IMG/VR virus record: IMGVR_UViG_2595698683_000001 | Span: 6,237-70,236 of that record | Length of the DNA: 64,000 nucleotides | Strand: one strand, 5' to 3' | DNA from: a virus | Lineage: Duplodnaviria > Caudoviricetes | Shown: positions 20,344 through 30,116 of the stretch, piece by piece | How positions within the stretch are numbered: the stretch's first letter is position 1 | Layout of the letters: every line of letters begins with the position of its first letter | The notes under the pieces: model-generated | Databases searched by the model: none | Told to the model about the DNA's origin: nothing | What the model saw: only the letters and a program-made list of their open reading frames with translations | Made by a program: the position numbers and the translations under genes

Positions 20344-21417
20344 GTGCCGGTCGTGACCGACGATCTGCTGGTAAGCCTCCACACCGCACGCGGGTCCACT
20401 CTGTTCCAGTTCACACCCGACGACTACACCGACCTCACCTGGGGCCGGGCCACGCGCGACGGCAGCCAGTGCAACCTGACGGTCCCACCGCTGCCCGGTG
20501 TCGACCGCTTCGCCGACATCGTGTACTGGCACCACTGGCTCACCGTGTGGGACGGCACCCGCCAGGGCGCGGAGGCAGTGCTGTGGACCGGCCCTATCAA
20601 GAAAATCCGCGACAACCGCGCCGGGCTCCAGCTCCAGGCGGTGGACCACAGCGCCTACCTGAGCCGCACCCGCAACCCGACCACCAAGCGGTGGGACGCC
20701 GCCGACCCGTCCACGGTGGCCGGTGAGCTGTGGTCGTCCATGATCGAGGCCCAGGGCCTGGGCACACGGGCCATCGTGCGGCCGGACCCCGAGGGCGACC
20801 GGTACGACTTCCAGGTCATCACCGATGAGCAGATGCTGGACCAGACCCTGGGCCAGCTGGTGGACTACGGGCTGCGGTGGACCGTGGTGGCGGGTACGCC
20901 CATCCTGGGGCCGCTGCCGCTGGAGCCCATCGCCACCCTTGGCGAGGAACACTTTCTGGGCGACGGCATCGACTTCGTGCGCGACGGCACCGCCGCCGTG
21001 AACGACGTGCTGGTGCGCGGCCAGGACAACCTGGCCCGCGAGCGCGTCGACTTCTACGGCCAGAACCTGCAATCCATCGTCAACCTGGACAGCATGTCCG
21101 GCGTCAGCAACGTGACGCGGGCGGCGCAGAAGTACGTACGCACCACCGGCAACCTGCGCACCACGCTGGAGCTGCCCAGCGGCACCGTGCTGCACCCCGA
21201 CGCGCCGGTCACCATCGACCAGCTGATGCCGAGCGCCCGGTTCGTGATTGAGGCGCGCGGTGTGCGTCAGCTGATGCTGCTCACCGGCTGTGAGGTCAAT
21301 CGGCGGGCGGGAGCAGCTACCGTGACGGTCACCATGGAAAGCGTGGAGGAGAAGCTGGAGCTGACCAGCAATAAGACCGGGCCGACGCTGAGCCTGGGCG
21401 GGGCGGCGGGCCGGTGA
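20344..21417 (+). CDS. Minor tail protein (hub-like position)
   Basis: Synteny; GGAGG RBS. Confidence 0.75.
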   Translation: MPVVTDDLLVSLHTARGSTLFQFTPDDYTDLTWGRATRDGSQCNLTVPPLPGVDRFADIVYWHHWLTVWDGTRQGAEAVLWTGPIKKIRDNRAGLQLQAVDHSAYLSRTRNPTTKRWDAADPSTVAGELWSSMIEAQGLGTRAIVRPDPEGDRYDFQVITDEQMLDQTLGQLVDYGLRWTVVAGTPILGPLPLEPIATLGEEHFLGDGIDFVRDGTAAVNDVLVRGQDNLARERVDFYGQNLQSIVNLDSMSGVSNVTRAAQKYVRTTGNLRTTLELPSGTVLHPDAPVTIDQLMPSARFVIEARGVRQLMLLTGCEVNRRAGAATVTVTMESVEEKLELTSNKTGPTLSLGGAAGR

Positions 21418-23702
21418 CCGCGCTGCTTGCACCGGGGCGCACCCCGCAGAACGACGCCGAGCTGGCCCGCCAGTTCCACGACCGGCTGCGCAAGCTGGAA
21501 ACCGCCAGCACCGTGCGCGTCGGCCCGTGGGTGCTGTCCAACGACCCGGCCACCGGCAACCTGCGAGCGACCCGGCCGGGGCAGACCGTCGTCATTGACG
21601 ACCAGGGCGCGATCGAGACGCTGGACCCCGCCAGCCTGAACCTGTCCGGCTACGTCACGGACAAAGAGCTGGTCGACGCACTCAGCCAGATCGACACGGG
21701 CGGATCGCTGGAGTCGATGTGGTCGGACCTGTACACCGCGCTCACGGGGCTGCTGAACCCGGTCAACGCGCTGTCGGCGCTGGCGAACTTCTTCAAGGTG
21801 GAGCTGGGCAGCCCCATCACCAGCAACCGCCTGCCGCTCATCCCGCTGTCGCACATCCGGCCGGTGAACCCGAACCTGCTGCTCGACGGCAGTTTCGATG
21901 ACGAGGCTACGCTGTCGGGCTTCCCAGATTGGGACTACGACGAGGCCGACGGCCGCAGCCGCCCCGGCAGCGCCTACACCATGGCCGACGGGCTCACGCA
22001 CACCATCCGCAGCAACGCGGTGGAGGTGGAGGCCGACGACGAGCTGGACGCCGAGGTCTATGCCAAGTGGGTCGGCCTGGTGGTCAGCGCCGCCACGCCT
22101 ATCCAGCTGGCGATGGCCAGCTACGACGAGGACGACGTACTGATCGGCGGCGCGCCTGCCGTGGTGGCCAGCGCCGGGGCTGCGGGCAACAGCGGTGGGA
22201 CCAACGGCTGGGGCACCAAGCTGAGCGTGACGGGCTGGTCACCGCCTGCGAACGCCAAGTACGTCGTTGTCGAGCTAACCGTGACCACGGGCGCAACCGG
22301 CGGCACCGTCAAGTACGACGACGCCGCGCTGCGCAAGACGGGCACCCTGCCGCAGAGCTACATCAGCGGGCTGGTCGACGCGCTCCAGGGGCTGTGGAGC
22401 GGCGTGCAGGCCCGCATTGACGACTTCATGGACCTGCTCGACGCATTCGGCGGGTTCGTCATCGGCAGCGGCCAGGGCCAGCTCACCGACGTGATTACCC
22501 GGCTCCAGGCGCTCAACCCGCTGACCGGTGTATTCGACGCCAGCAAGCTGGGCAACCTGGCCAACATCCCGGCCATCGGCCAGGACAAGATCATCGGCCT
22601 GGTGGATGACCTGGCCGACGCCGTGGCCAATGGCGGACAGACCGTCCGCGATGCGATCGTGCAGGCGCTCACGGGGGCGGTGCCGCCGGGCGGCGCAACC
22701 GACGCCAACGTGATCAGCGCGCTGACCAACATTCCGGCCACCCTGGTGCAGAGCGCCGTGGAGGGCGCGAGCAGCATTGACGACGCCATCCAGCAAGCGC
22801 TGAACGCGGTGGTGCAAGGCGCGAGCGGCGTGCTCTCCGCGCCGGGCACGTTCGTGGACATCATCAACCAGCTGGCCGGTATGCGTAACAGCACCGCAGG
22901 CGCGAACGCGGCGGTGGTCAACCTCCAGGCCCAGGTGGCAGGGCTGGACCCGGCGGCGTCGTCGGAGGTCATCAACTTCGGCGAGTACGTGGACGCCAGC
23001 ACGCCGCCCAGCATGTTCACCAAGTTCTCCGACAACGGCAGCGGGTCGCTGATCACCAGCGGCGGCGAGCTGGCCTGGGACAGCAACAATGCTGGCCGCG
23101 AGCTGTACCTGTTCAACGGTGGCCCGCTCCAGACCGACCTGTTCGAGGTGTCGGTGGTGCTGCCGCAGGTGCCGACGCACGGCTGGTTCGGCGCGGACAG
23201 CTCGAACTACATCTGGCTCATTGGACGGGCCAACGCGGGGGCCACCGCCCTGGTGGCAGCGCGCGTGACATGGGACGAAATTCGGCTGTACAACCTGGCC
23301 GGAGGCAGCTTCACGCAGTTCGGCCCCACCATCAGCGAGAGCGACCTGCTGACCGCTGGCTGCACGGTGTCGTTCAAGGGCGGCACCGTGGCCGAGCCCC
23401 GGTACTTCCACGTGTCGGTCAACGGCACCAAGAAGCTGATCCACACCGAGACCAGCCCCATCACGGTCATCGGGTCGGATTACCGGAACTGCGGCATGGG
23501 CGTGGAGAAGGGCAGCAGCTACCTCACCGGCACGATCAGCACGTGGTCGATGTTCGACGGCGGCAGCAGCGCCGGGTCCGGCGTGGTGGCCGGTTACACC
23601 GCCGCTGGCCTGACCAACCTGAACCTCTGGAAGGGCACCGCTGCCCAGTACGCGGCCATCACCACCAAGAACGCGAACACCATCTACGTGGTGAAGAACT
23701 GA
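21414..23702 (+). CDS. Minor tail protein
   Basis: 762 aa; NLLLDGSFD carbohydrate-binding-like domain start; C-terminal WKGTAAQYAAITTKNANTIYVV. Confidence 0.8.
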   Translation: MTALLAPGRTPQNDAELARQFHDRLRKLETASTVRVGPWVLSNDPATGNLRATRPGQTVVIDDQGAIETLDPASLNLSGYVTDKELVDALSQIDTGGSLESMWSDLYTALTGLLNPVNALSALANFFKVELGSPITSNRLPLIPLSHIRPVNPNLLLDGSFDDEATLSGFPDWDYDEADGRSRPGSAYTMADGLTHTIRSNAVEVEADDELDAEVYAKWVGLVVSAATPIQLAMASYDEDDVLIGGAPAVVASAGAAGNSGGTNGWGTKLSVTGWSPPANAKYVVVELTVTTGATGGTVKYDDAALRKTGTLPQSYISGLVDALQGLWSGVQARIDDFMDLLDAFGGFVIGSGQGQLTDVITRLQALNPLTGVFDASKLGNLANIPAIGQDKIIGLVDDLADAVANGGQTVRDAIVQALTGAVPPGGATDANVISALTNIPATLVQSAVEGASSIDDAIQQALNAVVQGASGVLSAPGTFVDIINQLAGMRNSTAGANAAVVNLQAQVAGLDPAASSEVINFGEYVDASTPPSMFTKFSDNGSGSLITSGGELAWDSNNAGRELYLFNGGPLQTDLFEVSVVLPQVPTHGWFGADSSNYIWLIGRANAGATALVAARVTWDEIRLYNLAGGSFTQFGPTISESDLLTAGCTVSFKGGTVAEPRYFHVSVNGTKKLIHTETSPITVIGSDYRNCGMGVEKGSSYLTGTISTWSMFDGGSSAGSGVVAGYTAAGLTNLNLWKGTAAQYAAITTKNANTIYVVKN

Positions 23703-25045
23703 TGCCGGTTTTCATCGGTGACGAGACCATCGACGTTCTGCTGGACCACCTGGGCGACGACTACGACAGCGTGTATATCGGCAGCGACAAGGTGTGGCCG
23801 GACATCACGTTCCCGTACACGCTGGTCAACACCAACGTCACGGGCGCGGCCATCCCCGCCGGGGCTACGGGTGTCTGGGTCCACCTCTGGGGCAAGGGCA
23901 CCAATGGCGGCAACGGCGGTCACGAGGACAGCACCACCGCCACCGGCTCGGGACCGGGCGGCAGCGGTGGCGGCGGCGGCGGGCACGTGTTCAAAATCTT
24001 CATCTACGTGGAGGACTTGCCGGGCACGGACTGGTCGCTGTTCTACAGCACCGCAGCGGGCGGGCTCAATCGCTTCATCTGCGGTGGGGTGGACCTGATC
24101 GCCCGGTGCGCCAACGGCGTGAACGGCGGCACCGCATCCATCGCCGGGCTGACGGCCGACTACTACAGCCCTCGCGCCGCCAACGGCGGCAACCGGGGTC
24201 AGGATTCCGACGGCGCGGGCGCAGGCGGTGCCGACGGCGGCGATGCCAGCTGGACAGGCGACAACGCACCGAACACCAGCCCGCCAGGTACGCGCGGCGT
24301 CGGCACCAACGGCGGCACCAACGGCGGCACGGGCGGCGTGGCCCACGGCTCCGGCAACGCGCACCACTACGCCTCGGGCGGCGGTGGCGGCGGTGGCGGC
24401 GGGTACACCGCCGGGCAGAACGGCAGCGCTGGTACACAGAACACGGGCGGCACGGGCGGGGCCGGTGGCGCGGCGCGCGCCGAGGTCATCTGGACCAACG
24501 AAATCGTTCCCAAGGACAAGACCTGGGAGTACACGCCAGGGGCCTGGAGCTGGACCATGCCCGCCTGGGCTCAGACCGGCTGGGCTGTCGACCTGATCGA
24601 GTTCGGCGGCGGCAAGGGCGGCAACAACGGCGGCAGCACCAGCGCGGGCAACGGCGGTCTGGGCAGTGTGGCAGTCGCCCAGACGCTCATCATCGGTACC
24701 GACATCGCCCTGGGCGCGACCCTGAGCGGCAACGTGGGCGCGGCTGGTGCCTCCAATGGCGGCAACGGCGGGAACACCACCTGCACGCAGACCGGCCTCA
24801 CGTCCAACGGCGCGACCGGCACCAACAGCGCCCAGGCGGGCACCAATGCCACGGGCGTCACCATCGGCGGTAAGACGTACGGCGGTGGCCTGGGCGGTAC
24901 CACCGGCAGCACCACCAGCGCGGGGCAGGCCGGTGGCACGCCCGGCGGCGGCGGCCAGGGCGGCGGGTCCATCTTCTTCATCGGCCAGGCGGGCGGCGTC
25001 GGCGGCGAGGGCCGGGTGTACGTGCGGCTGCGGCAGGTCATCTGA
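23702..25045 (+). CDS. Glycine-rich minor tail protein
   Basis: TGATG coupling; two Gly-rich domains. Confidence 0.75.
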   Translation: MPVFIGDETIDVLLDHLGDDYDSVYIGSDKVWPDITFPYTLVNTNVTGAAIPAGATGVWVHLWGKGTNGGNGGHEDSTTATGSGPGGSGGGGGGHVFKIFIYVEDLPGTDWSLFYSTAAGGLNRFICGGVDLIARCANGVNGGTASIAGLTADYYSPRAANGGNRGQDSDGAGAGGADGGDASWTGDNAPNTSPPGTRGVGTNGGTNGGTGGVAHGSGNAHHYASGGGGGGGGGYTAGQNGSAGTQNTGGTGGAGGAARAEVIWTNEIVPKDKTWEYTPGAWSWTMPAWAQTGWAVDLIEFGGGKGGNNGGSTSAGNGGLGSVAVAQTLIIGTDIALGATLSGNVGAAGASNGGNGGNTTCTQTGLTSNGATGTNSAQAGTNATGVTIGGKTYGGGLGGTTGSTTSAGQAGGTPGGGGQGGGSIFFIGQAGGVGGEGRVYVRLRQVI

Positions 25046-26205
25046 TGACCGGCTGGTTCCAGGCTCCGGCCCCGCCAGCCTTGCCGCCGCCCGGCTGGTT
25101 CGACAGCGAGGCCACACCGCAGCCGCCGGAGCCCGACATCGCGTGGTGGGCGGTGCTCACCGTCGACATGGCGCACACGGTGGCGGCGGTCAACACCATG
25201 GAGCTGGGCGCGTTCAAGGCCATGGGCATCGTCCACAGCGTGCACGCCACGCAGCAGCTGGCCCTCCAGGCGCTGCTCCAGCTGAACATCTCCCACGGCG
25301 TCACCGCGCAGAACACCCTGGCCTTCCAGGGCCTGTACATGCTGGATATGGCCCTGGCACTGAGCGTGCAGCACAGCCTGACCCTGGCCCGCGTGAAGGA
25401 CATCGCGGTGCCAATGCCGGTGGTAGCAGGCATCAGCGGCATGACGTTGGCCCGCGTGCTGGACCTGGGGCTGGAGCACGCACTGGCCAGCAGCCAGGTG
25501 CTGACCCTTCAGAAGTACCGCACCCTGGCCGTGACGCAGAACGTGGCGGTGGGCCAGTCGCTGGACCTGGCCAAGATTCGCACCCTGGCCCTGGCGCACA
25601 GCCTGGGCGTCACGCACCAGATGACCGTGGGCTTCCCAACCACGGGCCTCCCCGCCACGGCCAACTTCACCACCGCCGGGCCATACGCCTACACGTTCCC
25701 GCGTAACTGCGACTTCATGGACGCGGTGATGCTCGGGGCCGGGGGCGGCGGGGCCAGCTCGGGCACGTTCTACACGCTCAAGGGCTACCCCGGCGAGGCG
25801 GGCGTCTGGGCCACCGGCACGCTCCAGCGCGGGCTCACCATCGCGTGGACGGTCACGCAGATCACCGGCAACGTGGGTACTGGCGGCGCTCGCGGCAGCG
25901 GTGGTTTCACCGGCACCGCCGGGCAGGCCGGTACCGCCACCACGGCCAACGCGACCGGCTGGGGCGGGCTCAGCGGGGCGGGCGGGGCCGGTGGTATCGC
26001 CAACGCCACGGGCACCAGCGACAACGTGGGCCGGTCACCGGGCAACATCACCTACAACGGCCAGCCTTACACGGGCGGCGGCACGCAAAGCACCAATGGC
26101 GCGGCCGGTAACCCGCCTGGCGGCGGCGGTGCGGGCGGGTCCAACTTCGGCGGCGCAGGCGGTGTCGGCGCTGCGGGAGCAGCCCGTTACAGGGCATACC
26201 AGTAG
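25045..26205 (+). CDS. Minor tail protein (20-aa repeats plus Gly-rich domain)
   Basis: TGATG coupling; GAGGGG-type domain. Confidence 0.75.
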   Translation: MTGWFQAPAPPALPPPGWFDSEATPQPPEPDIAWWAVLTVDMAHTVAAVNTMELGAFKAMGIVHSVHATQQLALQALLQLNISHGVTAQNTLAFQGLYMLDMALALSVQHSLTLARVKDIAVPMPVVAGISGMTLARVLDLGLEHALASSQVLTLQKYRTLAVTQNVAVGQSLDLAKIRTLALAHSLGVTHQMTVGFPTTGLPATANFTTAGPYAYTFPRNCDFMDAVMLGAGGGGASSGTFYTLKGYPGEAGVWATGTLQRGLTIAWTVTQITGNVGTGGARGSGGFTGTAGQAGTATTANATGWGGLSGAGGAGGIANATGTSDNVGRSPGNITYNGQPYTGGGTQSTNGAAGNPPGGGGAGGSNFGGAGGVGAAGAARYRAYQ

Positions 26206-26215
26206 GATCACGACC

Positions 26216-26608
26216 GTGGCTGTGGGAATGACCGCCTACCTGGCGAACAAGTTGCTGGACCATACGTTCCGCAACGTGGTCTATTCCCCGCCAGCGGTGG
26301 TGTACTTCCGGCCGCACGTGGGTGACCCCGGTGCCAACGGCACGGCCAACGGGTCGGCGAACGCCACGCGCTACGCAATGAGCTTCGGGGTGGCCGGGGC
26401 CAGCACTGCCGGGCAGATCGCCCTGACGAACTTTCCCGAGCACACCCTGAACGCCACCGAGACCATCACCCACGGTTCGATCTGGGACCACCCGACGGCA
26501 GGCAACTGCCTGATCACCGGCCAGGCCACCGTCAGCAAGGGTGGCGTCAGCGGTGACATCATCCGGCTCGCGTCCGACATCGTGGGCATCACGCCCATTG
26601 CCGCATAG
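26216..26608 (+). CDS. Small tail-associated protein
   Basis: YLANKLLDH...H.GDPG..GTAN motif of tail-fibre-associated proteins. Confidence 0.7.
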   Translation: MAVGMTAYLANKLLDHTFRNVVYSPPAVVYFRPHVGDPGANGTANGSANATRYAMSFGVAGASTAGQIALTNFPEHTLNATETITHGSIWDHPTAGNCLITGQATVSKGGVSGDIIRLASDIVGITPIAA

Positions 26609-26616
26609 GAGAGACC

Positions 26617-26967
26617 GTGCCCGCACTTACCTGGTCGGTGGCCTGGGAGGTCGCCACCCCGCCCGTGGATCTGCTGCCCACACAGCCGATCCCGCCGACG
26701 CCGCCCACCGACGACAGCGAAGAGGCGGCGCAGCAGTACAGCGACGACTACGCGGCGTATCAGGTGGCCCTGGACGAGGCGTACCACCAGACCGAGACCG
26801 TGCTGGCCGACGAGCAGTGGTGGAGCACCACACGGCTGGAGTTCGCCGACGAGGCCGAGGCCCGCGCCACGCTGCCCGCCATGGTCCGCGCCAACGCCAG
26901 CAGCCCCTACGCGCGCAACTTCCGGCTGGAGACATCCCCGCCTCGGGTGTGGTCGACCGTAAGCTGA
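26617..26967 (+). CDS. Hypothetical protein
   Basis: AGGAG RBS, typical codon usage. Confidence 0.65.
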   Translation: MPALTWSVAWEVATPPVDLLPTQPIPPTPPTDDSEEAAQQYSDDYAAYQVALDEAYHQTETVLADEQWWSTTRLEFADEAEARATLPAMVRANASSPYARNFRLETSPPRVWSTVS

Positions 26968-26971
26968 GCGC

Positions 26972-27619
26972 GTGACCAACGCCAGCGTCTGCGTATCTGA
27001 GCACCTGGTCGTCGGTGACGACGGCAAGCTTCGACTCGCGCCGTGGTCGGTGCCGCGCCTGGTGGCCGACGAGATTGCCCACAGCGGTGCCGACACCACC
27101 AAGCTGCTGGAGACCAGCACGCTGCCCGGCCGCTTGCTGATTGATAAGCCCGGCGTCCTCTGGACCAACCTGACCCCGGTGGACCACATGGTGCGCGTGA
27201 TGGTCACCCGGCGCTGGAAGCGGTGGATCACCAGCAACCCGAACGCGGTGCAGTTCCGTGACCGGTGGTCGTCGGCCATCACGCCCAAGGGCAGTGCCGA
27301 CGTGATCCCTGCCGAGCCGGTGGTCAGCGGCATCTTCAACAGCCAGTGCGGCAGCGCGGGCGACCTGGGCAGCAACACGGTGGCCGAGCCGGTGCCCGGC
27401 AAGTTCTGGGCCTGGTGGGGCACCAACACCAGCGAGGAATGGCTGGGGCCGGTGGCCCCCGGCGAAACGCTGCGGGTGTGGTACCGGTGTTATGTGTGGA
27501 CGCCGCCGCCCTTCTCGGACAACGCGAACAAGAACGCGCCCGCCCATGAGGCCGAGGCCGGATACGCGCGCATCCAGCTGATGGCCTTTCCGCAGCAGGG
27601 CAAGGTCGTGACCGGATGA
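26972..27619 (+). CDS. Structural-region protein, paralog 1 of 3
   Basis: Shares motifs with the next two ORFs. Confidence 0.7.
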   Translation: MTNASVCVSEHLVVGDDGKLRLAPWSVPRLVADEIAHSGADTTKLLETSTLPGRLLIDKPGVLWTNLTPVDHMVRVMVTRRWKRWITSNPNAVQFRDRWSSAITPKGSADVIPAEPVVSGIFNSQCGSAGDLGSNTVAEPVPGKFWAWWGTNTSEEWLGPVAPGETLRVWYRCYVWTPPPFSDNANKNAPAHEAEAGYARIQLMAFPQQGKVVTG

Positions 27620-28221
27620 GCACCAGCCTGAAAATCTGCACCGCTGAGTACATGATCAGCGACGTTCGTGGCATTGGTGTGCGCCAGACCTGGCTGCCGC
27701 ACGTGGTGGCCGAGCAGTTCCTGGAGTCCACCAAGGACGGCGAAATCAAGCTGGCACCCGACCCGGTGACCATGATCGACGGCGACCTGACCTGGTTCAA
27801 CAACAGCCCCGATCCCGTGAAGGTGATGGTGCTGGTGCACCGGGCACCGCGCAGCATCGTGGCGCAGAACCCGGCCACCGTGGTCATTCACGACGCCTGG
27901 AGCCACCAGGTCGGCAAGAGCCCCAGCGCCGACTACCCCAGCGTCATCCAGGACACGTTCGGCGGGCGGCTCCAGGTGGACCGCGCCAGCGTGGCCAAAG
28001 ACCTGCTCCAGTTCGGCCGGTATTTCCTCGACGGCGACGACAGCCAGACCTACGTCGACCTCGGGGAGGTACCGGCGAAGCAGTCGTTCCACTTCCGCTA
28101 CCTGGCCGCTGTCCAGACACCGGGCGTCTGGACGCAGCCCAGCGAGTTCGAGCCGCGCTGGGAGGCGTATGCGCGGTGGACCCGGCTGGTGGCCATCGGC
28201 AGCCCGGTGGGGGCGATGTGA
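27616..28221 (+). CDS. Structural-region protein, paralog 2 of 3
   Basis: ATGA overlap; shared motifs. Confidence 0.7.
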   Translation: MSTSLKICTAEYMISDVRGIGVRQTWLPHVVAEQFLESTKDGEIKLAPDPVTMIDGDLTWFNNSPDPVKVMVLVHRAPRSIVAQNPATVVIHDAWSHQVGKSPSADYPSVIQDTFGGRLQVDRASVAKDLLQFGRYFLDGDDSQTYVDLGEVPAKQSFHFRYLAAVQTPGVWTQPSEFEPRWEAYARWTRLVAIGSPVGAM

Positions 28222-28970
28222 GCGACTGCGTAGACGAAAACCACCTCCAGGAACTGGACGGCGTGATCAGCCCCCAGCCGTGGATGCAGTGGCGGCACAT
28301 CGGCGGCGTGGAGGCCCCCAGCAAGACGGGCAACTACGGCGTCACTCTCACCAGTGGGGGCCTGGGCACGGTCGACGTGTTCGGCACCCTGGGCAGCCTG
28401 TTCGGCAGCCTGTTCGGGTCCATCCCGCTGCTGTTTGGCAAGTCGAGCCCGCTGGCCGGACTGCTGGCCAGCGCCAGCGCGGGCGGCAATAAGAACGACC
28501 TGCTGCACCGCCTCCAGTACAGCTGGACAAACGGCAGCCCCGTGGCTCAGGACGTGTACGGGCTCATCACCCGTGGCGGCTGCCGGGTAAGCCTCCAGCC
28601 GCGCAGCCGTGGCGGGCTGGTGCTGCGCAGCGGCTACGCCAAGCACGCCAGCGACCCCGGCCCGCTGGCCGACAGCTCCATGTTCGGCGTCGGCGCTGAC
28701 CTGGGGCGCGGTGGGACGCTGAGCCTGGGCACCACGTACGGCATCGCGGAGCAGCGGATGAACAGCTGCACCATCCCGCTCGCGCCGGAGCGCACCGGCT
28801 GGCTGCGCCTGGCCCCCGGCGAGGCCATCACCGCCGCGCTGGAGCTGCGCTTCATCAGCGAGTTCTGGGAGAACACCACCATCGACGGCGGCGACACCGG
28901 CAGCGAAAGCAGCTACACCACGGGCGCGACCCGCCTCGATCTGTTCGCGGTGCCGGTAATCTCGGGCTGA
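28218..28970 (+). CDS. Structural-region protein, paralog 3 of 3
   Basis: GTGA overlap; shared motifs. Confidence 0.7.
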   Translation: MSDCVDENHLQELDGVISPQPWMQWRHIGGVEAPSKTGNYGVTLTSGGLGTVDVFGTLGSLFGSLFGSIPLLFGKSSPLAGLLASASAGGNKNDLLHRLQYSWTNGSPVAQDVYGLITRGGCRVSLQPRSRGGLVLRSGYAKHASDPGPLADSSMFGVGADLGRGGTLSLGTTYGIAEQRMNSCTIPLAPERTGWLRLAPGEAITAALELRFISEFWENTTIDGGDTGSESSYTTGATRLDLFAVPVISG

Positions 28971-28998
28971 CAACCCCTCCGGCCTCGGGAGACTGCCC

Positions 28999-29367
28999 AT
29001 GTACGACCCGCCACCTGGCTACGACGATTGCGAGGCCGACGCCGACGCACACCCGACGCCCGCCAGCTGGCCGTACCGCGAGCTGGAGGTGGACGGGGTG
29101 GGTACGCTGCACGCCCGGCGTCCACTGCCCAATGCGATCCCGGCGCTGGCCGGGGCGGCGCGGTCGAAGATCAGTCCCGAGAGCCGTATCGACCACCTGG
29201 ACATCTTCGTGCAGAACCACCTGGCCGACGGCGAGTTCGAGCAGCTGCTGGCCCGGATGATGGATCCCGACCAGGACATGCCACCCGACACCATGCTGCG
29301 CGTGAGCCGCGCGATTGCCACGGCGGGCAGTGCGCGCCCTACACGGCGGTCATCAACCTGGCGTTGA
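28999..29367 (+). CDS. Tail assembly chaperone-like protein (paralog of 12240-12809)
   Basis: GGAG RBS; by-eye similarity F...HL..E.....RMMDPD. Confidence 0.55.
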   Translation: MYDPPPGYDDCEADADAHPTPASWPYRELEVDGVGTLHARRPLPNAIPALAGAARSKISPESRIDHLDIFVQNHLADGEFEQLLARMMDPDQDMPPDTMLRVSRAIATAGSARPTRRSSTWR

Positions 29368-29678
29368 TGGCCGCGCACAACTGGCGGGCGCTGCGCACCA
29401 AGGCCCTGGAGAACGGGCACAGCAACCTGATGGCCTGGCCGAACATGCACGTGGTGCTCGACGCCATGGAGCAGCTGGGCCTGGAGTCGGCCGTGGCCGG
29501 TGCCAAGACGCAGGTAGAGGCCAAAACCGAGATGACCCGCTACTACGACAAGCTCTATAAGCCCGACGTCACCGCCATGGTGATCAACGGCGACGGGTAC
29601 CTGCCGCCCCCGCCAGGGTTCAGCGACGAGGAGATGGAGGCGTCGTTCGATGCGTTCTTGTCGAGCGGCACGCGGTAA
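29367..29678 (+). CDS. Hypothetical protein, possible frameshift extension of the upstream ORF
   Basis: TGATG overlap; this -1 frame is open from 29028. Confidence 0.6.
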   Translation: MAAHNWRALRTKALENGHSNLMAWPNMHVVLDAMEQLGLESAVAGAKTQVEAKTEMTRYYDKLYKPDVTAMVINGDGYLPPPPGFSDEEMEASFDAFLSSGTR

Positions 29679-29696
29679 GCCAGCTATCCTGCACCC

Positions 29697-30116
29697 ATGG
29701 CAACTACGGCGGTGCTGTTCGATACAGCTGCACCCGCCGGTTCCAAGCTGGACCCCGCTGTCGCCGCCGAGGTCGCGGCAGTAGCGCCGGGCAACCTGGA
29801 GCCCGGCGAGGTCGACACCATCCACCTGGCCGACGAGTCGGTCACCACGCCCAAGATCGCACCCGGTGCCGTAGGCAGCCCCCAGATCGCCACTGGCGGC
29901 GTAGAAGCGGTAAACCTTGCCGGGGGCTCGGTGGGCACCGCCGCGCTCGCTGGCGGGGCTGTGACAGCCGAAAAAACGGGGACAGGTGTTGTCACCGCCT
30001 ACGACGCCGCCGGTAACCCGGTGCCGCGCCGCGAGGTCGAGCTGACGAACGCGCAGTACCAGGCGCTGGTCACGGCCGGAACCGTCGACCCGAACACGCG
30101 GTACTTCGTCAGCTGA
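29697..30116 (+). CDS. Tail-fibre-like protein with VT..KIA.GAV repeats
   Basis: 10-aa repeats; C-terminal LTNAQYQAL...DPNTRYFV. Confidence 0.65.
   Translation: MATTAVLFDTAAPAGSKLDPAVAAEVAAVAPGNLEPGEVDTIHLADESVTTPKIAPGAVGSPQIATGGVEAVNLAGGSVGTAALAGGAVTAEKTGTGVVTAYDAAGNPVPRREVELTNAQYQALVTAGTVDPNTRYFVS

Noticed and set aside
23702-26205. Gly-rich ORFs as captured host PE_PGRS genes
   Set aside because: No PE domain; Gly-rich minor tail proteins are normal in this position.
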